Assembly: GCA_964418185.1 (NCBI GenBank)
Contig: CAYQKL010000008.1
Span: forward strand, 3,704 to 67,703
Source: an uncultured bacterium
GTDB taxonomy: Bacteria; Hydrothermota; Tepidihabitantia; SM23-42; JAOAFX01
Length of the DNA stretch: 64,000 nucleotides
Direction: 5' to 3'
Part shown: positions 58,912-64,000 of the stretch, piece by piece
Numbering within the stretch: position 1 is the stretch's first letter
Layout of the letters: the number at the start of each line of letters is the position of its first letter
The notes under the pieces: model-generated
What the model was told of the DNA's origin: nothing
The model's database searches: none
The model's input: the letters and a program-made list of their open reading frames with translations, nothing else
Made by a program: the position numbers and the translations under genes

Positions 58912-59292
58912 ATGAAACTTGCTGCATTCTTACCTGAGCTTTTAAGGCATATTTTTAAAAAACCCGCTACTGTAAAATATCCATTTGAGAAACTTGAGGT
59001 GCCGAAAGGTTTTCGTGGAACTCCGATTTTAACACCAGAGAAGTGTATTGTCTGCTATGCGTGCCAGCGTGATTGTCCAGCAGAGGCGATCGAGATTACA
59101 ACGGTGAATGAGGCAGAGAAGAAATATAAGATGGTCATTCATAATGACCGTTGTGTCCATTGTGAACAGTGTGCAGAATCCTGTCCAGTGGATGCGATTA
59201 AACTTAATATCGATTTTGAACTTGCTGCCTTTAGCCGCTGGAATTTAAAGGCAGAATACATCTACACCAAGGCATCCCCAGCAAAGAAATAA
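58912..59292 (+). CDS. NuoI-like 2x[4Fe-4S] ferredoxin subunit
   Basis: Two cysteine motifs are present: CIVCYACQRDCP and CVHCEQCAESCP. Confidence 0.85.
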   Translation: MKLAAFLPELLRHIFKKPATVKYPFEKLEVPKGFRGTPILTPEKCIVCYACQRDCPAEAIEITTVNEAEKKYKMVIHNDRCVHCEQCAESCPVDAIKLNIDFELAAFSRWNLKAEYIYTKASPAKK

Positions 59293-59441
59293 GCAAAACA
59301 TACATATTTAACCAATATTTAAGGAATAGGGCAAGGTTTTCTTCTATAACTAAAGGTTAACCTTGCAACTTTTTTGAGTGTAGACTTTTGTTTCGTGATA
59401 ACCCCTCATAACCTTTATAATCCTGTTTTATTATCGTAAGA

Positions 59442-59470
59442 GCGGTTTCTAACCGCGATTTTTAAATCGC
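59442..59470 (+). terminator. Two overlapping short hairpins after the hydrogenase operon, a possible weak terminator
   Basis: The hairpins are gcggtt-tct-aaccgc and gcgattt-tt-aaatcgc. No clear U-tract follows. Confidence 0.3.
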
Positions 59471-59493
59471 ACCTCTACATATTGATGAATATC

Positions 59494-59603
59494 GGTTATA
59501 GTTATACGGTTTCGCTGCCCATTTTGTTGATCGTCCATCCTCTATGGTATTCACACCGTATAACCGAGCCCAGAGACGATACGGGCTGTGACCTCGTATA
59601 ACC
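59494..59603. repeat. Copy C of the dispersed palindromic repeat, a composite of about 110 bp with one forward unit and one inverted unit
   Basis: A forward unit gttatagttatacggtttcgctgccc and reverse-complement units caccgtataacc...cgatacgggctg...ctcgtataacc are both present. Confidence 0.5.
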
Positions 59604-59631
59604 ATAGACAACTTCTTGAAAAGCTCACGCC

Positions 59632-59659
59632 TTGACTCTCATCTATTTTTGGCTATAAT
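59632..59659 (+). promoter_or_regulatory. Consensus promoter TTGACT-N16-TATAAT, 5 nt upstream of the gyrA ATG
   Basis: The -35 element is at 59632-59637 and the -10 element at 59654-59659. The ATG at 59665 predicts a leaderless transcript. Confidence 0.6.
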
Positions 59660-59664
59660 CATAT

Positions 59665-62085
59665 ATGGAAGAGCGTATAACTGCAGTCTATATTGAAGAA
59701 GAGATAAAATCAAGTTATCTTGATTATGCAATGAGTGTTATCGTTGGCAGGGCATTGCCCGATGTACGCGATGGCTTAAAACCGGTTCAGCGGCGTATTC
59801 TCTATGCCATGCATGAGGCCGGGCTTGCCTCAAACCGTGCCCATAAGAAGAGTGCGACAGTTATCGGTGATGTACTCGGTAAATACCATCCCCATGGTGA
59901 TATGGCGATCTATGATGCCTTGGTCAGGATGGCGCAGGATTTTTCAATGCGCTATCCTCTGGTTGATGGTCAGGGAAATTTTGGCTCAATTGATGGTGAT
60001 GCGGCTGCGGCATACCGTTATACTGAAGTTCGGTTTGCACCCCTGGCTGAAGAACTCCTAAAAGATTTAGAAAAAAACACTGTAGATTTCATTCCTAATT
60101 TTGATGGTAGACTAAAAGAGCCAACGGTTTTGCCTGCAGGTTTCCCCAATCTTTTGTGCAATGGTGCATCGGGCATTGCTGTTGGAATGGCGACCAATAT
60201 TCCACCTCATAATATTCGTGAAATAATAGGTGCATTGAATGCATTGATTGATGATCCAGAAATAGAAGATAAGAGACTTTTGAAAATCATTCCTGGACCG
60301 GATTTTCCCACTGGTGGGATAATCGCAGGCAGAAAGGGAATTGAAGAAGCATATCTAACAGGCAAGGGCAGGATTGTTATCCGTGGAAAGATAAAAGTGG
60401 AGGACATCAAAGGCGGGAAACAGGCAGTTGTCATTATGGAAATTCCTTATCAGGTGAACAAGTCCGCATTGTTGGAAAAGATGGCGCAGTTGATCAAAGA
60501 AAAGAAGATTGAAGATATCTCTGATTTAAGGGATGAATCAGACAAAGATGGAATAAGGGTTGTCATAGAGTTGAAAAGGGATGCCAATCCTGAAATCGTA
60601 TTGAATAATCTCTATAAATATACAAATTTGCAAACGACCTTCAGTATACAAATTCTTACCCTGGTTGATGGTGTGCCCAAAACCATTACACTTAAACAGG
60701 CACTAAGACATTTCCTTGATTTTCGTTTTGAAGTTATCACCCGCAGGACGAAATTTGAACTGGCTGAGGCAGAAAAGAAGGCACATATCCTTGAAGGATT
60801 GAAGATTGCGATTGAGAATATTGATGAGGTGGTTAATATCATTAAGAAGTCAGCAGATGTAAAAGTTGCAAGAGAACGTTTGATGAAAAGATTCTCCCTT
60901 ACCGAAGTCCAGGCTCAGGCAATACTTGATATGCGTCTTGCCCGTTTGACCAATCTGGAAAAAGAGGCACTGGAAAAAGAATATCTCGGTCTGATAAAAG
61001 AAATTGCCCGGTTAAAATCAATTCTCGCTTCACCCAAAGGCGTTTATGGTGTGATAAAGAAAGAACTGAATGAACTTGCTGAACATTATCAGGATAGTAG
61101 AAGGACTACAATCTCAGAAAGTGAACCAGAAGAACTCACAATTGAAGACCTGATTGCGGAAGAGGATATGGTAATCACGTTGACCCAACGGGGTTATATC
61201 AAACGTCAGCCCATTACTACATACCGGAATCAGACCCGCGGTGGCCAGGGCAGGAAACTTGTAGAAACCGGCGAAGAGGATTTTGCCAATCAACTTCTGA
61301 TTTCAAAAACCACAGATACACTACTTTTTTTCTCAGACCGTGGTAAGGTTTATGCTACAAAGGTTTATGAAATTCCTGAAGCAGGTCCATTTTCGCGTGG
61401 TCGTTCTATTGCCAACCTCATTGAAATGAGTGAAGGCGAAAAGGTTACTGCCTGCCTCGGTATAAAAGAATTTTCCAATAAGTTCTTTATCTTTATGAGC
61501 ACAAAATATGGAAAAGTTAAAAAAACAGCACTTGATGAGTATGAGAATGTGCGAAAGAAAGGAATTATTGCGATCAAATTAGAAGAGAGCGACCGGTTGA
61601 TTGCCGCAGAGTTGACTACAGGAAAGGATTCTGTTTTGTTAACAACCCATAATGGTCAGACCCTGAGATTTTCTGAAAAGAAGACAAGACCTATGGGCAG
61701 GAATGCCGGTGGTGTAAGGGGTATGCGCCTTGAAAAAGGGGATGAGGTTGTCAGTTTCAATATTGCCCGTGAAGAAGAGGATATGCTTATCATCGGTGAG
61801 AATGGTCTGGGTAAGAGAGTAAAATTTGCGGATGTTAATGAAAAGGGTAGGGGTGGTAAAGGTGTCAGGGCAATGACCATTGACGAAAAGACCGGTAAGG
61901 TGGCAGGAGCAGTGAATGTGAATGACGAAGATGATTTGATTGCAATGACCCGCAGTGGCAAAGGTATAAGAACTCCTGTTAAGAATATCAGGGTAATGGG
62001 CAGACAGGCAAAGGGTGTGAAGATTATTACCTTAGAAAAAGGTGATAAGGTTGTTTCAATTGCACGGATAAAGGCTGAGGTATGA
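59665..62085 (+). CDS. gyrA: DNA gyrase subunit A
   Basis: Motif [26 protein letters not shown] with the active-site Tyr region ([10 protein letters not shown]). The C-terminal beta-pinwheel carries a GyrA-box-like TRGGQG. The protein is 806 aa long. Confidence 0.9.
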   Translation: MEERITAVYIEEEIKSSYLDYAMSVIVGRALPDVRDGLKPVQRRILYAMHEAGLASNRAHKKSATVIGDVLGKYHPHGDMAIYDALVRMAQDFSMRYPLVDGQGNFGSIDGDAAAAYRYTEVRFAPLAEELLKDLEKNTVDFIPNFDGRLKEPTVLPAGFPNLLCNGASGIAVGMATNIPPHNIREIIGALNALIDDPEIEDKRLLKIIPGPDFPTGGIIAGRKGIEEAYLTGKGRIVIRGKIKVEDIKGGKQAVVIMEIPYQVNKSALLEKMAQLIKEKKIEDISDLRDESDKDGIRVVIELKRDANPEIVLNNLYKYTNLQTTFSIQILTLVDGVPKTITLKQALRHFLDFRFEVITRRTKFELAEAEKKAHILEGLKIAIENIDEVVNIIKKSADVKVARERLMKRFSLTEVQAQAILDMRLARLTNLEKEALEKEYLGLIKEIARLKSILASPKGVYGVIKKELNELAEHYQDSRRTTISESEPEELTIEDLIAEEDMVITLTQRGYIKRQPITTYRNQTRGGQGRKLVETGEEDFANQLLISKTTDTLLFFSDRGKVYATKVYEIPEAGPFSRGRSIANLIEMSEGEKVTACLGIKEFSNKFFIFMSTKYGKVKKTALDEYENVRKKGIIAIKLEESDRLIAAELTTGKDSVLLTTHNGQTLRFSEKKTRPMGRNAGGVRGMRLEKGDEVVSFNIAREEEDMLIIGENGLGKRVKFADVNEKGRGGKGVRAMTIDEKTGKVAGAVNVNDEDDLIAMTRSGKGIRTPVKNIRVMGRQAKGVKIITLEKGDKVVSIARIKAEV

Positions 62086-62090
62086 TTAAT

Positions 62091-62140
62091 AAGGGTGAAA
62101 AGGGGTAAAGAGGGGTGAACAAGGGTAAAAAGTGGGCGAA
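62091..62140 (+). repeat. Five tandem 10-bp SD-like G-rich units (A[AG]GGGT[GA]AA[ACG]) that span the start region of the dCMP deaminase gene
   Basis: The units are aagggtgaaa, aggggtaaag, aggggtgaac, aagggtaaaa and agtgggcgaa. They lie immediately after the gyrA stop. Confidence 0.7.
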
Positions 62141-62588
62141 TAGAAGGCAGTCCTGGGATGGATATTTTATGGCGATTGCTGAGTTGGTTGCAAGACGTTC
62201 TACCTGCATTCGGCGTCGGGTGGGTGCAGTTATAGTAAAGGACAAAAGAATTCTTGCAACCGGTTATAATGGTGCACCGAGTGGTATCAAACATTGTGAA
62301 GAGGTCGGGTGTATCAGGGGCAAGTTAGGTATTGCCTCAGGTGAGAGGCATGAACTATGTCGGGGTGTCCATGCTGAGCAGAATGCCATTATTCAAGCCG
62401 CAAACTTCGGGGTCAATATTGAAGGTGCAGTAATTTATACTACACACCAACCCTGTTTTATCTGCACCAAGATGTTAATAAATGCAAAGATAAAGAAAAT
62501 AATCTTCAAAGATCCCTATCCTGATAAACTGGCGACCCAGATGCTTAAAGAGTCAGGAATTAAATTTAGTATATTGAAAAAGCGCTAA
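62115..62588 (+). CDS. dCMP deaminase / ComEB-like cytidine and deoxycytidylate deaminase family protein
   Basis: The zinc-binding motifs HAEQNAI and PCFICTKML are present. The N-terminus ...[19 protein letters not shown] is typical of the family. The start is a GTG inside the tandem repeat. Confidence 0.8.
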   Translation: MNKGKKWANRRQSWDGYFMAIAELVARRSTCIRRRVGAVIVKDKRILATGYNGAPSGIKHCEEVGCIRGKLGIASGERHELCRGVHAEQNAIIQAANFGVNIEGAVIYTTHQPCFICTKMLINAKIKKIIFKDPYPDKLATQMLKESGIKFSILKKR

Positions 62589-62607
62589 CGATTACTCTAT
62601 AATCTAA

Positions 62608-63267
62608 TCAGTAATAGAGATTTAATCCGAATTTTATAATCCAACCCGGTGTCTGCAATTTTATTTTGTCTTCACCAAAGAGTGCACTCCAGTCAATACC
62701 CAGGAAGATTCTCTGGAGATCAAACTTGACCGATAAACTTTTTATTGGATAGTATTCGGTTGTGAACTTTACCCCAAAGTCAGTGACGACGCAAAGATCA
62801 GTGGTATCTAAACCAGCGCCATTGAAGGTCCACCAGGCAAAGACATCTCTAGCTATGAATCCCAGCAAGAAATGGGCTTTTTCTTGAACCTTGAAAATGG
62901 AGAATGAACCTTCTGGAGAAAATGTGATCATATTTAGATTAAGTTCATTACTGCTATTTTTTGCGCTTCCATTCCAGTAGCCAAAAAATAATCCCATTCT
63001 ATTATCACCTGGCATAGGTATACCTATTCCAATCCCCAGATAATCATTCATTCCAATCTTTTCATTACCTAACATTCCCCTGAAAGTGTTATTGAGGTCT
63101 TTCAGTGATGGTCCATACCAGCCATATTCAAAACAAAACCATCTTGCCGTCTTTTTTGTTGGTTGTGCTCCAGGTCCTTCTCCAGTTCCAGCACCTGGTG
63201 GTGGTCCTGCAAAGACCTGAGATACCATTATAGAAAAGACAATCAATGTTATGGATATTTTATTCAT
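62608..63267 (-). CDS. hypothetical outer-membrane beta-barrel protein
   Basis: A signal peptide (MNKISITLIVFSIMVSQVFA) is followed by alternating amphipathic beta-strand-like segments, and the protein ends in aromatic residues (LNLYY). Confidence 0.45.
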   Translation of the reverse strand: MNKISITLIVFSIMVSQVFAGPPPGAGTGEGPGAQPTKKTARWFCFEYGWYGPSLKDLNNTFRGMLGNEKIGMNDYLGIGIGIPMPGDNRMGLFFGYWNGSAKNSSNELNLNMITFSPEGSFSIFKVQEKAHFLLGFIARDVFAWWTFNGAGLDTTDLCVVTDFGVKFTTEYYPIKSLSVKFDLQRIFLGIDWSALFGEDKIKLQTPGWIIKFGLNLYY

Positions 63268-64000
63268 TTGCCAACCTCCATCTGCCAGATATTCATTATA
63301 CCTTCCTTCTCTTCACCCCTGCAGCCAAGAAAATAGATATATTTGCCATCTGGTGACCAGACCGGGCAGATATCATCTCCAGGATGGAAGGTCATCTGCA
63401 TAAGGTTTGTGCCATCAGTATTTACAATCCATAGATTACTATTTATACGGGTATTACTGCCCTGATAGGTCCCTTTATTTGAAGAAAAGACAATCTTGTT
63501 ACCATCTGGAGCGATGTCAAATGTTCCGATACCCCAATCCTCGCCACCGATTATGTGTGTCTCTGAACCGGTTGAGAGATTGAGCATCCATAGACCATAC
63601 CATCCCTTTTGTGAAAGACGTTTAAAAACAATGTTCTTGCCATCAGGTGTAAATTTGGGCATCAACCCCTGGACATACTGGGTCATACTCCCTGTGTTCA
63701 GGTCATAGGTCCATATGAACCGGGAATTCTCTTCGACTTCCCATTTGTTTGTTTTGGCGTTCAATGTAACATTATACGAATTGAATGTGATTAAATTTCC
63801 ATCTGGAGAAAAACTTGGATATTGTGCATTCTGAGGGGTTGAGGTTGTTATTATTCTTACTGCTGAACCACCTTCTGCCTGGATCAAACAGATTTTTCTG
63901 GAACCTTCTTTATAAATATCAAAGACTATTTGCTTTCCGTCTGGAGAAAAGGCGGGTGATGATTCTGTCTCTGAACCGAATGTCCTCTGGATCAAAGCCC
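63264..64000 (-). CDS. TolB-like / PD40 WD40-like beta-propeller repeat protein, partial; the 5' end probably lies beyond the window
   Basis: SPDG-containing propeller repeats occur repeatedly (FSPDGKQIVF, FSPDGNLITF, FTPDGKNIVF, IAPDGNKIVF, WSPDGKYIYF). Confidence 0.6.
   Translation of the reverse strand, partial: ALIQRTFGSETESSPAFSPDGKQIVFDIYKEGSRKICLIQAEGGSAVRIITTSTPQNAQYPSFSPDGNLITFNSYNVTLNAKTNKWEVEENSRFIWTYDLNTGSMTQYVQGLMPKFTPDGKNIVFKRLSQKGWYGLWMLNLSTGSETHIIGGEDWGIGTFDIAPDGNKIVFSSNKGTYQGSNTRINSNLWIVNTDGTNLMQMTFHPGDDICPVWSPDGKYIYFLGCRGEEKEGIMNIWQMEVGK

Noticed and set aside
62091-62140. CRISPR array, or a mini-array made of the 10-bp tandem repeats
   Set aside because: The units are only 10 bp, lie directly adjacent to one another with no spacers, and no cas genes are present. 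No other repeat-spacer structure occurs in the window.
61656-62294. Large antisense and shadow ORFs: 212 aa opposite gyrA, 147 aa at 51179..51622 opposite the NuoL-like gene, 149 aa at 20493..20942 opposite the OmpA-like gene, 130 aa at 16463..16855, 118 aa at 12299..12655 and 125 aa at 34556..34933
   Set aside because: Each one lies entirely inside a well-supported gene on the other strand. Their composition is low-complexity (P, S and L-rich), and none has a start or RBS context. These are typical shadow ORFs of AT-rich coding sequence.

Overview
This window is AT-rich (roughly 40% GC) bacterial chromosome, densely coded on both strands, and looks like a core region of an uncultivated anaerobe. 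Housekeeping genes dominate and should be ordinary. (1) An F-type ATP synthase operon, atpB-E-F-H-A on the minus strand, with atpA running off the 5' edge of the window. (2) A PpiD-like periplasmic chaperone. (3) A minus-strand operon containing a 4-subunit 2-oxoacid:ferredoxin oxidoreductase (delta-alpha-beta-gamma), a fused TIGR03960/TIGR03936-type radical SAM protein, RNase G and transketolase. (4) A yidD-like gene translationally coupled to two paralogous proteins that have TM2-like C-terminal motifs. (5) A thermonuclease gene broken by a +1 frameshift in a C8 tract. (6) An FecCD/BtuF-type ABC importer. (7) A standalone cNMP-binding protein and tRNA-Glu(UUC). (8) An OmpA-family protein with carboxypeptidase-regulatory-like repeats. 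(9) An intact GGDEF + STAND/AAA_16 ATPase + TPR protein of 1051 aa, and about 22 kb away a decayed paralog with three in-frame stops and one frameshift. (10) A MacA/MacB/TolC-type efflux operon. (11) An M23 peptidase followed by nadA. (12) A DUF1015 gene followed by a serA-like dehydrogenase. (13) An hslV gene with no hslU beside it. (14) A heat-shock operon: hypothetical, hsp20, htrA, and a sigma-70-family sigma factor. (15) A block containing frr, pyrH, tsf, rpsB, rpsI and rplM. (16) A Sir2 deacetylase and DNA polymerase X transcribed divergently. (17) A prepilin peptidase, a HepT-like hypothetical protein and queC. (18) gyrA, a dCMP deaminase, an outer-membrane barrel protein and a TolB-like partial gene at the 3' edge. 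The most notable system is a 10-kb operon encoding the 11 core subunits of a complex-I-like membrane complex, in the unusual order N-L-M-J-K-A-B-C-D-H-I. Its NuoD homolog keeps both [NiFe]-binding cysteine motifs, so it is predicted to be an energy-converting group 4 [NiFe] hydrogenase with a full antiporter-type membrane arm. At genome-style level, at least 16 genes carry near-consensus TTGAC(A/T)-N16/17-TATAAT promoters placed 5-7 nt upstream of the start codon, which predicts leaderless mRNAs. There is also a dispersed palindromic intergenic repeat with three copies, a series of SD-like G-rich tandem motifs, and a 58-codon internally repeated ORF sitting between nuoB and nuoC. I found no CRISPR array, no mobile element and no obvious phage-defence island.
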